Source: Alkanindiges illinoisensis DSM 15370 (GTDB taxonomy: Bacteria > Pseudomonadota > Gammaproteobacteria > Pseudomonadales > Moraxellaceae). Taken from it: a stretch of DNA of 32,000 nt. The position numbers and the translations under genes are program-made. Positions within the stretch are counted from its first letter, which is position 1. Each line of letters begins with the position of its first letter. Where the stretch lies: assembly GCF_000619845.1 (NCBI RefSeq), contig NZ_JHUX01000003.1, positions 520,064 through 552,063 of the forward strand, written 5' to 3'. The notes beneath the pieces are model-generated. The model had not been told where the DNA came from and searched no databases. It was given only the letters and a program-made list of their open reading frames with translations. Shown piece after piece: positions 24,465-32,000 of the stretch.

Positions 24465-26342
24465 ATGCATTATCCTAAAGCGTATGACGTGATTGTGATT
24501 GGTGGTGGTCATGCCGGTACTGAAGCCGCGCTTGCTGCTGCCCGTATGGGACGACAAACCCTGCTGCTCACGCATAATATTGAAACTTTAGGACAGATGA
24601 GCTGCAATCCGGCCATTGGCGGTATTGGCAAATCACATCTGGTACGTGAAATTGATGCGCTGGGTGGTGCCATGGCGCTGGCTGCGGACAAGGGCGGCAT
24701 TCAGTTTCGTGTACTCAATGGCCGTAAAGGCGCAGCAGTACGTGCAACCCGTGCGCAGGCTGACCGTATTTTGTATAAGGCTGCCATTCGGGATGTACTG
24801 GAGAACCAGCCTAACTTAGATATTTTTCAGCAGGCTGCTGATGATCTGGTGGTTGAAGGCGATACGGTTAAAGGTGTAATCACGCAAATGGGCATCCGCT
24901 TTGATGCCAAATCTGTCGTTTTGACAACAGGCACATTTTTAGGGGGCGTCATTCACGTTGGCTTGCAGCAGTCCCGTGGTGGACGCGCGGGTGATCCACC
25001 TTCTATTGCACTGGCAGATCGTTTACGTGAATTGAATTTGCCGGTTGGCCGCTTAAAAACTGGAACACCACCACGGATTGATGCGCGTTCGGTAGATTTT
25101 TCAGTGATGACCCCGCAACCGGGCGACACGCCAACGCCAGTCATGTCTTTTATGGGTGATGTGTCCATGCACCCGCAGCAAATCAATTGCTATATCACGC
25201 ATACCAACGAACAAACCCACGATATTATCCGTAGTGGTCTGGATCGCTCACCCATGTATACTGGCGTGATTGAAGGCGTAGGGCCGCGTTATTGTCCATC
25301 CATTGAAGACAAAATCCACCGCTTTAGTGACAAGGACAGCCACCAGATTTTTCTGGAGCCAGAAGGCTTAACCACCCACGAGCTGTATCCAAACGGGATT
25401 TCAACCAGTTTGCCTTTTGATATCCAATTTAAGCTAGTACGTTCCATCAAGGGCATGGAAAACGCACATATCCTGCGTCCGGGCTATGCGATTGAATATG
25501 ATTATTTTAATCCGCAAGCGCTTAAGCCAACGCTAGAAACCAAGTCGATTAATAACCTGTTTTTTGCCGGACAAATTAACGGCACAACCGGTTACGAAGA
25601 AGCAGGTGCACAAGGCTTGCTGGCCGGTTTAAATGCGGCGCGCCGTGCGTGGGATCAGGACGGCTGGACACCAAGCCGTGATCAGGCTTATATGGGTGTA
25701 CTGGTCGATGACCTGATTACCTTGGGCACCAAAGAACCGTACCGCATGTTTACCAGCCGTGCCGAATACCGCCTGATGCTGCGTGAAGATAATGCTGACC
25801 AGCGTCTGACTGCCATTGGCCGGGAAATGGGACTGGTGGATGATGTTCGCTGGGCACATTTCTGCGAAAAAATGGAAAGCGTTGAACAGGAAACTGCACG
25901 TTTAAGGGCACTATGGGCAGCACCTAACAATAAGCTGGGCCAGCGCTTTGTGGAGCAAACTAGCGAAGTGCTGAGCAAGGAATGCAATGCCATTGATTTG
26001 CTCAAGCGCCCAAACGTAACGTTTAACCAAATCGCTGAACTCACAGGTTCAGACGTTTCCCAGTTGGTGGGCGAACAAATTGAAATCAGTGTTAAATACG
26101 CGGGTTATATTGATCGCCAGCAGGACGATGTTGCGCAACTGAAAAAACTGGAAGAAAGTTTGTTGCCGATTGATTTTGACTACGATGCGGTATCCGGTTT
26201 ATCCCGTGAAATCACCCAAAAACTTAAAGATGTGCGTCCATCTAGTTTGGCACAGGCAGGCCGTATTCCTGGGGTCACGCCAGCAGCAGTACATTTGCTG
26301 ATGGTGACGCTGAAAAAACAGGGTTTAAAGCGGGCTAGTTAA
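24465..26342 (+). CDS. mnmG: tRNA uridine-5-carboxymethylaminomethyl(34) synthesis enzyme MnmG (GidA)
   Basis: 625 aa. It has the N-terminal FAD motif [15 protein letters not shown], the motifs [24 protein letters not shown] and [11 protein letters not shown], and the C-terminal [10 protein letters not shown]. Confidence 0.95.
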   Translation: MHYPKAYDVIVIGGGHAGTEAALAAARMGRQTLLLTHNIETLGQMSCNPAIGGIGKSHLVREIDALGGAMALAADKGGIQFRVLNGRKGAAVRATRAQADRILYKAAIRDVLENQPNLDIFQQAADDLVVEGDTVKGVITQMGIRFDAKSVVLTTGTFLGGVIHVGLQQSRGGRAGDPPSIALADRLRELNLPVGRLKTGTPPRIDARSVDFSVMTPQPGDTPTPVMSFMGDVSMHPQQINCYITHTNEQTHDIIRSGLDRSPMYTGVIEGVGPRYCPSIEDKIHRFSDKDSHQIFLEPEGLTTHELYPNGISTSLPFDIQFKLVRSIKGMENAHILRPGYAIEYDYFNPQALKPTLETKSINNLFFAGQINGTTGYEEAGAQGLLAGLNAARRAWDQDGWTPSRDQAYMGVLVDDLITLGTKEPYRMFTSRAEYRLMLREDNADQRLTAIGREMGLVDDVRWAHFCEKMESVEQETARLRALWAAPNNKLGQRFVEQTSEVLSKECNAIDLLKRPNVTFNQIAELTGSDVSQLVGEQIEISVKYAGYIDRQQDDVAQLKKLEESLLPIDFDYDAVSGLSREITQKLKDVRPSSLAQAGRIPGVTPAAVHLLMVTLKKQGLKRAS

Positions 26343-26382
26343 TCGGCGTGTTTTAAAAAGCAATGTTTTAGAATTATCTATG

Positions 26383-26417
26383 AAAAAGCCCTTTTAAATT
26401 CAAAGGGCTTTTTTTAT
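26383..26417. terminator. Bidirectional rho-independent terminator between convergent mnmG and maf
   Basis: AAAAAGCCCTTT-taaattc-AAAGGGCTTTTT, flanked by an A-run and a T-run. Confidence 0.85.
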
Positions 26418-26438
26418 GTAATCTATAGGCTAAAACAG

Positions 26439-27044
26439 TTAAGGCACTTGCCAGCCCACTTCGCGCAGCATCTGGCTGAGTTTAATTAATGGTAAACCCA
26501 TCAGTGCCGTAAAGTCCTCACCATGCATGGCTTCAAACAGGCTAATGCCCAGACTTTCAGCCTTGATACTGCCTGCTGAATTAAAAGGCTGGTCATACGC
26601 CACATAGCGCTGAATTTCCACTGCACTTAAATTGCGGAAGTGCACCAAAAAACGGATCAGCTCGGTACGGTTAATATTTAATTGCTGGCACTGCACATTC
26701 ACGGCAGTTTCAAAATGTACCAGCTTGCCGGAAAGATTGCGTAATTGCTCATAAGCCCGAGCTGCGGTTAAAGGTTTGCCAATAAACACATGCGGTTCAC
26801 TTTCAATCCACACCACCTGATCAGAACCAATGACCAGTGCATGAGGAAACTGTGCTGATATGGTTGCTGCTTTTTGTTCTGCCAGACGACAGGAGAGGGT
26901 CTGGGCATTTTCTCGCTCAAAAGGCGATTCATCAATTTCTGGGGAAATCACATCGAAGGGGACATTGAGGCGTGATAAAAGCTGACGCCGAATGCTTGAG
27001 GTCGAGGCCAGAATAATCGGTGGCCGAAATTGATCAGATCGCAT
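26439..27044 (-). CDS. maf: Maf-family nucleoside triphosphate pyrophosphatase, YceF-like subfamily
   Basis: The motif ILASTSSIRRQLLSRL (the STSxxRR pattern of YceF-type Maf) is present, along with the GSDQV and AYDQPFNSAGSIKAE regions. The ORF extends to 27131. ATG 27044 gives a ~200-aa protein of normal Maf size and overlaps the upstream gene's stop codon by 11 nt. Confidence 0.8.
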   Translation of the reverse strand: MRSDQFRPPIILASTSSIRRQLLSRLNVPFDVISPEIDESPFERENAQTLSCRLAEQKAATISAQFPHALVIGSDQVVWIESEPHVFIGKPLTAARAYEQLRNLSGKLVHFETAVNVQCQQLNINRTELIRFLVHFRNLSAVEIQRYVAYDQPFNSAGSIKAESLGISLFEAMHGEDFTALMGLPLIKLSQMLREVGWQVP

Positions 27045-27417
27045 AATTACGCAGCACCTCCAGTGATATAAAATCCAACGCCCGTTCATGGCATGCTTGT
27101 AATTTGATCGGGGGAGCGACCCCGGCATCATACGCTTCTTTCCAGCGTGTCACACAAATGCACCAGAAATCACCCGGCTGCAAGCCGTCAAAACCAATTT
27201 CGGGCAATGGTGTACTCAGGTCGTTACCAACCTGCTGTGAAAAGCTTAAAAATTCTGAGGTCATCTGCGCACATACCGTGTGCTGGCCAAGATCATAAGG
27301 ACCGGTATGGCAAAAGCCATCACGAAAAAAACCAGTTATCGGGTCAAAGCAGCAGCTTGCCAAACGTTCACCCAAAACGTTTCGAATATTCTGTGAGGGA
27401 ACAGGGTTTATTGACAT
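27034..27417 (-). CDS. DUF2237-family protein (conserved Cys/His-rich, function unknown)
   Basis: 127 aa. The pattern NVLGERLASCCFDPITGFFRDGFCHTGPYDLGQHTVCAQMTSEFLSFS..GNDLSTP...PGDFWCICVTRWKEA matches my recollection of DUF2237. Confidence 0.7.
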   Translation of the reverse strand: MSINPVPSQNIRNVLGERLASCCFDPITGFFRDGFCHTGPYDLGQHTVCAQMTSEFLSFSQQVGNDLSTPLPEIGFDGLQPGDFWCICVTRWKEAYDAGVAPPIKLQACHERALDFISLEVLRNYAI

Positions 27418-27614
27418 GGTTAAAATAGATCCAAAACCTGAATGGGTAGACTTCTCTGTCTAGACAATAGGATTTTATACGGTATTTGTCCAATTCGTTT
27501 CGCTAAATTTCATTATTTCTTCGTAAATTGAAACATAGATTCCCGTAATGATTTGCTTTAACATTTGCGCCAATTATTTTGGCACTGATTTCTTGATAAA
27601 GGGTGGAGATTAAA

Positions 27615-28808
27615 ATGAATTTTCAACGTATGACCGATCTTGATTTAAATGGCAAGCGCGTTTTAATCCGCGAAGATTTAAATGTTCCTGTTAAAAATGG
27701 ACAAATTACCAGCGATGCCCGCCTGCGTGCGGCGTTGCCCACCATCCAGCAAGCGCTAAAGCAGGGTGCAGCAGTCATTGTGTGCTCGCACTTGGGTCGT
27801 CCAGTTGAAGGGGAGCCAAAGGCAGAGCAATCGCTGGCACCTGTTGCACAGTATTTGTCGAACGCGCTAGGTCAGTTGGTTGCCTTAAAAGATGATTATT
27901 TAAATGGTGTTGAGGTAAATCCCGGTCAGGTGGTTTTGCTGGAAAACGTGCGTTTTAACAAGGGCGAAAAGAAGAATAGCAGTGAACTGGCCCAGGCCTA
28001 TGCCAATTTGTGCGATGTGTTTGTGATGGATGCTTTTGGCACTGCGCACCGTGCTGAGGCCTCTACCGAAGGCGTAGCACGACTGGCCAAGGTTGCCGCA
28101 GCAGGCCCATTACTGGCAGCCGAGCTGGATGCACTGGGCCGTGCCATGCAGGCGCCAGAAAAACCAATGGTGGCCATTGTGGCGGGTTCCAAGGTATCTA
28201 CCAAGCTGGATGTTTTAAACTCGCTGTCCGGTATTTGCGATCAGCTCATTGTGGGGGGTGGTATTGCCAATACCTTCCTTGCAGCTGCTGGCTACAACGT
28301 GGGCAAGTCTCTGTATGAAGCAGATCTGGTTGATACAGCCAAGGCCATTGCTGCCAAGGTGAATGTGCCTTTGCCAGTTGATGTGGTGGTTGCCGATGCC
28401 AGCCAGCTTAGTGGCGATTTCATGGATTTTGTAGCCAATAGCCAGCCAGTTACTAAAAATGTAAGTGATATCGGTGACCATGACATGATTCTGGACATTG
28501 GCCCACAAACTGCTCAGCAATTTGCAGCATTACTAAAAAATGCCAAGACCATTTTATGGAATGGCCCAGTGGGTGTATTTGAAGTGGATGCCTTTGGTAA
28601 CGGAACTCAAACACTTGCACAGGCAATTGCCGACAGTGAAGGCTTTTCCATTGCTGGCGGGGGTGATACGCTGTCAGCGATTGATAAATATGAAGTATCT
28701 AATCAGATTGGTTATATCTCAACAGGTGGTGGCGCTTTTCTGGAATTTGTCGAAGGCAAGGTTCTACCAGCGGTTGCTGTATTAACCGAGCGTTATTCCA
28801 ATAACTAA
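27615..28808 (+). CDS. pgk: Phosphoglycerate kinase
   Basis: [34 protein letters not shown] and the C-terminal [17 protein letters not shown] are all present. The ORF opens at GTG 27603, but ATG 27615 has a GGAG SD 6 nt upstream and gives the canonical N-terminus. Confidence 0.95.
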   Translation: MNFQRMTDLDLNGKRVLIREDLNVPVKNGQITSDARLRAALPTIQQALKQGAAVIVCSHLGRPVEGEPKAEQSLAPVAQYLSNALGQLVALKDDYLNGVEVNPGQVVLLENVRFNKGEKKNSSELAQAYANLCDVFVMDAFGTAHRAEASTEGVARLAKVAAAGPLLAAELDALGRAMQAPEKPMVAIVAGSKVSTKLDVLNSLSGICDQLIVGGGIANTFLAAAGYNVGKSLYEADLVDTAKAIAAKVNVPLPVDVVVADASQLSGDFMDFVANSQPVTKNVSDIGDHDMILDIGPQTAQQFAALLKNAKTILWNGPVGVFEVDAFGNGTQTLAQAIADSEGFSIAGGGDTLSAIDKYEVSNQIGYISTGGGAFLEFVEGKVLPAVAVLTERYSNN

Positions 28809-28833
28809 TTCCACTTGGTTTGTGAGGTGACTT

Positions 28834-29211
28834 ATGAAACATATTTTACTGATTGCTGCTTTGGCAATTCCTTTTTCCCTGGTTGCATGTAGCGAGCGCA
28901 CTCAAGAACATGCAGAAGCTACTGCTGACTCTGCTGCTCAGGATGCCAGTGTTGCTGCTGACCGTGCTGAACAGGAAAGCCGTGAAGCTGCTGCCAAAAC
29001 TGCTGAAGCTGCCAAAACTGCTGGTGCAGTCGTTGCTGGTACTGCCATTAATGCAGCTGATGCAGTAGGGGATGCTGCCGACGATGCGCAAGCTGCGGCT
29101 GCGCGCTCTGCTGCTGATGCGGCCAATGCAACTGCTGAAGCAGCCAATAAAACTGCTGCCAAAGCAGAAGCCAATGCAGCCGAAGAAACTGCTGACGCTA
29201 AAAAAGATTAG
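28834..29211 (+). CDS. Ala-rich low-complexity putative lipoprotein (paralog 1)
   Basis: 125 aa. Lipobox SLVA-C19. The mature part is mostly Ala/Glu/Asp/Thr/Lys (for example AAARSAADAANATAEAANKTAAKAEANAAEE). A GAGGTGA SD is present, and the gene starts 25 nt after the pgk stop. Confidence 0.7.
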   Translation: MKHILLIAALAIPFSLVACSERTQEHAEATADSAAQDASVAADRAEQESREAAAKTAEAAKTAGAVVAGTAINAADAVGDAADDAQAAAARSAADAANATAEAANKTAAKAEANAAEETADAKKD

Positions 29212-29225
29212 TTGATAGCTTTTGA

Positions 29226-29260
29226 GTTAAACCCTGTCAGTGGTGCAGGGTTTAACTTTT
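29226..29260 (+). terminator. Rho-independent terminator after lipoprotein paralog 1
   Basis: GTTAAACCCTG-tcagtggtg-CAGGGTTTAAC followed by TTTTAT. Confidence 0.8.
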
Positions 29261-29564
29261 ATAAAAATCCCGTTTACCCCCTAGATTTTGTTTTTACTAT
29301 TAAGAAAAACCAGTTGGGCTATCACTTACTACACATTTTCTAGTGTTGATTCCCTGATGAGTAAATGTTGATTATCACTTCTACTAATCGTTATCGGTTT
29401 GTAAATATCGGTCATAGAATTATTAAGCGAGTTCACAAGTTAAAAGCATTGTTGATATATGAAAATCTTTTATAAAAAGCTACAAAATCATGTAAACCAA
29501 CAGATATAACCATAAATCAACAAAATGCTGTCATCTGCCTTTCATTTTTTAGCTGCAAAGTGAT

Positions 29565-29745
29565 TAACCGAACTTCAACATTTGCATAAGAAATTATAGA
29601 CAGTGCAGGGTTTCCCATCAATTACACCAATGCTAACCTGTCTGCGATTGATAAATATGAAGTTGCAATCAAGCTGGTGAAAGTTCAATAGGTTATCTAT
29701 TCAAAAGAGCCTGTTGAGTCAAGCCAGGGTTATACCGATAAATAA
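29565..29745 (+). pseudogene. Decayed relic of the 3' end of pgk
   Basis: It is collinear with pgk 28596-28808. 29638-29663 matches 28671-28696 at 25 of 26 nt. Upstream blocks match at about 31/43 and 32/50 nt by hand alignment. Translation in the pgk frame gives ..[40 protein letters not shown], compared with pgk ..[39 protein letters not shown]. The stop-proximal GTTATaCCgATAAaTAA matches GTTATtCCaATAAcTAA. Confidence 0.75.
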
Positions 29746-29768
29746 TTTAAATTTTTATGAGGTGATTT

Positions 29769-30212
29769 ATGAAACAGGCTTTATTAATTGCTGCGCTAAC
29801 TATTCCATTGGCCTTAAGTGCTTGTAGCAAGCATGACAATGCCGATACCACAGGCACTGATACCACCGCTGCGACTGCCACTACAGATACCAGCACTGCT
29901 GCTACTTCAACCGATGGTACCATGACAGACATGTCTGCAACTGATACTACCGGTACTGGTACCACAGATACCACCGCCACTGGTATGGGTGACACTACTG
30001 CAACTGGTACTACAGGCACTACAGCGACCGATACCACCGATACAACGACTGGTACTGCTACTGGCACCACTGCAACTGCGGGTACTGGCAGCAACTCAGC
30101 TGCCAACGCTGCACAGTCTGCTGCTGATGCTGCCAACTCTGCTGCAAAAGCTGCTAACGAAGCCGCTGCTGCTGCCACCAATGGCACTGCTACGGACAAC
30201 AGTGCACGCTAA
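29769..30212 (+). CDS. Thr/Gly/Asp/Ala-rich low-complexity putative lipoprotein (paralog 2)
   Basis: 147 aa. The signal peptide MKQALLIAALTIPLALSAC is about two-thirds identical to that of paralog 1, and the SD context is the same (GAGGTGAtTTATGAAACA versus GAGGTGAcTTATGAAACA). The C-terminal SAANAAQSAADAANSAAKAANEAAAAA resembles the paralog 1 C-terminus. Confidence 0.7.
   Translation: MKQALLIAALTIPLALSACSKHDNADTTGTDTTAATATTDTSTAATSTDGTMTDMSATDTTGTGTTDTTATGMGDTTATGTTGTTATDTTDTTTGTATGTTATAGTGSNSAANAAQSAADAANSAAKAANEAAAAATNGTATDNSAR
29847..30089 (+). repeat. Imperfect ACN/GGN/GAY codon-repeat tract encoding a Thr-rich region
   Basis: Residues 27-107 of the lipoprotein are built from T, G, D and A, with 42 Thr in 81 residues by my hand count. 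Examples are TDTTGTGTTDTTATG and TATGTTGTTATDTTDTTTGTATGTTATAGTG. There is no exact unit length. Confidence 0.65.
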
Positions 30213-30226
30213 GCACTGGTAAACGC

Positions 30227-30259
30227 AAATCCCGTACATGCTACGGGATTTGTTGTTTT
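30227..30259 (+). terminator. Rho-independent terminator after lipoprotein paralog 2
   Basis: AAATCCCGTA-catgc-TACGGGATTT followed by GTTGTTTT. Confidence 0.75.
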
Positions 30260-30316
30260 AGCACCTTTTATTTATTTAAAGTCCATCGGCCACAAGAATA
30301 AAAATTCCTAATATCA

Positions 30317-30345
30317 CTGACATATTGCTTGACACACGTTAGAAT
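30317..30345 (+). promoter_or_regulatory. Putative sigma70 promoter for fba
   Basis: cTGACA (30317-30322), a 17-nt spacer, then TAGAAT (30340-30345). This would leave a short leader containing the GGAGGA SD before ATG 30370. Confidence 0.4.
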
Positions 30346-30369
30346 TGGCCTAATTTTCTGGAGGATAAT

Positions 30370-31410
30370 ATGGCACTGATTTCCTTGCGCCAGTTGCTTG
30401 ACCATGCAGCTGAATATAATTATGGGGTTCCTGCTTTTAATGTAAATAACCTGGAACAGATGCGTGCCATCATGATGGCAGCAGACCAGACTAACTCTCC
30501 GGTGATTGTGCAGGCCAGCGCCGGTGCTCGCAAGTATGCCGGTGCACCCTTCTTACGTCATTTGATTCTGGCTGCTATCGAAGAGTGGCCACATATTCCG
30601 GTGGTAATGCATCAGGATCATGGCACCAGTCCTGCGATTTGCCAGCGTTCCATTCAGTTGGGCTTTAGCTCGGTCATGATGGATGGTTCACTGGGTGAAG
30701 ATGGTAAAACACCAACTGATTATGATTACAACGTGAGTGTAACCCGCCGTGTGGTTGACATGGCGCATGCCTGTGGTGTTTCTGTGGAAGGGGAAATTGG
30801 CTGTCTGGGCAGTCTGGAAACTGGCATGGCTGGTGAAGAGGATGGTGTAGGTGCCGAAGGTGTGCTGGATCATTCGCAGTTATTGACCGATCCGGAAGAA
30901 GCAGCCCAGTTCGTAGCAGATACCGGCGTAGATGCGCTGGCAATTGCCGTGGGAACCAGTCACGGGGCTTATAAGTTTACCCGTCCACCAACTGATGACA
31001 TTCTGGCGATTGAGCGTATTAAGGAAATTCATGCCCGCATTCCCAATACCCATCTGGTAATGCATGGCTCCAGCTCTGTACCACAGGATTGGCTAGCTGT
31101 GATTAACCAGTATGGCGGCGACATCAAGGAAACCTATGGTGTTCCTGTTGAGCAACTGGTTGAAGCCATTAAACATGGTGTACGCAAAATCAATATTGAT
31201 ACCGACCTGCGTCTGGCATCTACGGGCGCTATTCGTCGTGAACTGGCGACAAATCCTGCCGAGTTTGACCCACGCAAGTACTTTGCCAAAACCATTACCG
31301 CCATGCAGGAAATCTGTGTAGCCCGCTACGAAGCATTTGGCACGGCTGGAAATGCCAGCAAGATTAACCCGATTTCTCTGGAAAAAATGGTTAGTCGCTA
31401 CAGCAAATAA
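30370..31410 (+). CDS. fba: Fructose-bisphosphate aldolase, class II
   Basis: 346 aa. [44 protein letters not shown], the zinc ligand context HQDHG, and GTSHGAYKF all match the pseudomonad-type class II aldolase. Confidence 0.95.
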   Translation: MALISLRQLLDHAAEYNYGVPAFNVNNLEQMRAIMMAADQTNSPVIVQASAGARKYAGAPFLRHLILAAIEEWPHIPVVMHQDHGTSPAICQRSIQLGFSSVMMDGSLGEDGKTPTDYDYNVSVTRRVVDMAHACGVSVEGEIGCLGSLETGMAGEEDGVGAEGVLDHSQLLTDPEEAAQFVADTGVDALAIAVGTSHGAYKFTRPPTDDILAIERIKEIHARIPNTHLVMHGSSSVPQDWLAVINQYGGDIKETYGVPVEQLVEAIKHGVRKINIDTDLRLASTGAIRRELATNPAEFDPRKYFAKTITAMQEICVARYEAFGTAGNASKINPISLEKMVSRYSK

Positions 31411-31430
31411 GCATTTATAAAGTATGCATT

Positions 31431-31467
31431 AAAAACCCGTAGCTTTCTGGTCTACGGGTTTTTTTAT
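31431..31467 (+). terminator. Rho-independent terminator after fba
   Basis: AAAAACCCGTAG-ctttctggt-CTACGGGTTTTT followed by TTTAT. Confidence 0.85.
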
Positions 31468-31740
31468 AGCTTCTAGTCATTAAATTTATAGTTTTTACTT
31501 ATTAAAATAACTAAAGAATCTTTTTAAGCTTAACACTTAACAATGTAGCCATACGTATCTTATATATCAGCATTGTAGTTATAGCCGTGCTTCCTGTTGT
31601 CATGTGTTATGAAGCTGTACCTGCATATTGATTGACCTTTCAATTTACCTTATTCATAGCGCTGACAATACAGACAGGTCATAACACGCCTAAATAAAGC
31701 TAGCGGCTATTAGGCATAAAAACCCATCGCACTGGAGCCA

Positions 31741-32000
31741 ATGATGATTAAGAATCCACAAACAGATAATGATGCGTTTAAAAGTGAACTTGCAGGCACA
31801 GATACTACTGACCGCCAGAATAGCTCTGAAAAGAACGAGCAACTGGAACAATATAAGGCAGATGCTACCAATGAAGCCTTGCGCAGCAATCAAGGAATTA
31901 AGGTTTCAGATGACCAAAATACTTTAAAAGCGGGTGTACGTGGGCCTTCCTTGCTGGAAGATTTTTTGTTCCGTGAAAAGATGACGCATTTTGACCATGA
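31741..32000 (+). CDS. katE: Catalase (large-subunit HPII/KatE-like N-terminus), 3'-truncated by the window edge
   Basis: This open frame is absent from the ORF track because it runs off the window. It reads [17 protein letters not shown]...[37 protein letters not shown]. The segment LKAGxRGPxLLEDFxxREKxxHFDHE is the conserved catalase N-terminal arm. A GGAG lies just upstream, and the start could be ATG 31741 or 31744. Confidence 0.8.
   Translation, partial: MMIKNPQTDNDAFKSELAGTDTTDRQNSSEKNEQLEQYKADATNEALRSNQGIKVSDDQNTLKAGVRGPSLLEDFLFREKMTHFDH

Noticed and set aside
26439-27131. Longest-ORF starts for several genes: maf at 27131, NTP-transferase at 18006, antitoxin at 3209, pgk GTG 27603, hydrolase TTG 14017, nitroreductase GTG 1383, ovoA 10648.
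   Set aside because: Except for the nitroreductase, internal ATG codons with good Shine-Dalgarno sequences give proteins with canonical N-termini and sizes, and the longer versions add non-conserved, oddly composed extensions. For the nitroreductase I simply prefer the first ATG (1416), whose upstream SD is weak. All of these starts remain unverified.
29747-30199. 150-aa minus-strand ORF and a 77-aa plus-strand alternative-frame ORF (29989..30222) overlapping lipoprotein paralog 2. Similar ORFs at 28846..29091, 28853..29068 and 28938..29174 overlap paralog 1.
   Set aside because: These are artefacts of stop-poor GCN/ACN/GGN codon repeats. The products are homopolymer-like (poly-Ala/Val/Leu) with no start context. 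The forward frames have a signal peptide, a lipobox and an SD.
31690-31893. 67-aa minus-strand ORF near the window end.
   Set aside because: It is antisense to an open frame carrying the highly conserved catalase N-terminal motif, so the catalase frame explains the region.
1-32000. Scan for CRISPR arrays, tRNA/rRNA genes, IS elements, integrases and phage genes.
   Set aside because: By eye I saw no regularly spaced direct repeats, no tRNA-like T-arm (GGTTCGAATCC-type) signatures, no transposase or integrase-like ORFs and no terminal inverted repeats. A proper tRNAscan, Infernal or ISfinder run was not possible here.

Overview
The window looks like a chromosomal segment from a Moraxellaceae/Acinetobacter-like gammaproteobacterium. 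That placement is inferred from gene content, notably a divergent AraC-type regulator and alkane hydroxylase pair. I saw no rRNA, tRNA, CRISPR array, transposase or integrase by eye. The housekeeping backbone is hpt, mfd, zapE, mnmG, maf, pgk, fba and the 5' end of a katE-type catalase. Several accessory modules sit between these genes. (1) My best candidate for an undescribed system is a tight four-gene minus-strand operon at 16042-20459. It encodes a 645-aa kinase fusion protein, a small HAD phosphatase, an NTP-transferase-fold protein and a WavE-like LPS protein. It reads like a small-molecule or sugar activation and transfer pathway, and it lies outside any recognisable capsule or core locus. 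(2) A decayed copy of the pgk 3' end sits between two paralogous low-complexity lipoprotein genes, between pgk and fba. This indicates an old tandem segmental duplication. One paralog carries an ~80-aa tract that is about half threonine. (3) An AT-rich vapBC-like toxin-antitoxin islet has the first PIN catalytic Asp replaced by Asn. (4) A full-length three-domain OvoA (ovothiol) synthase is present without an adjacent lyase gene. (5) Two hydrocarbon or ketone oxidation modules are present: a BVMO with an AraC regulator and an alpha/beta hydrolase, and alkR/alkM. (6) An uncharacterised two-gene envelope operon (Cys-rich lipoprotein plus membrane-anchored protein) has a near-consensus promoter built into the ovoA terminator hairpin. 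All functional calls rest on motifs read by eye. No database search was run.
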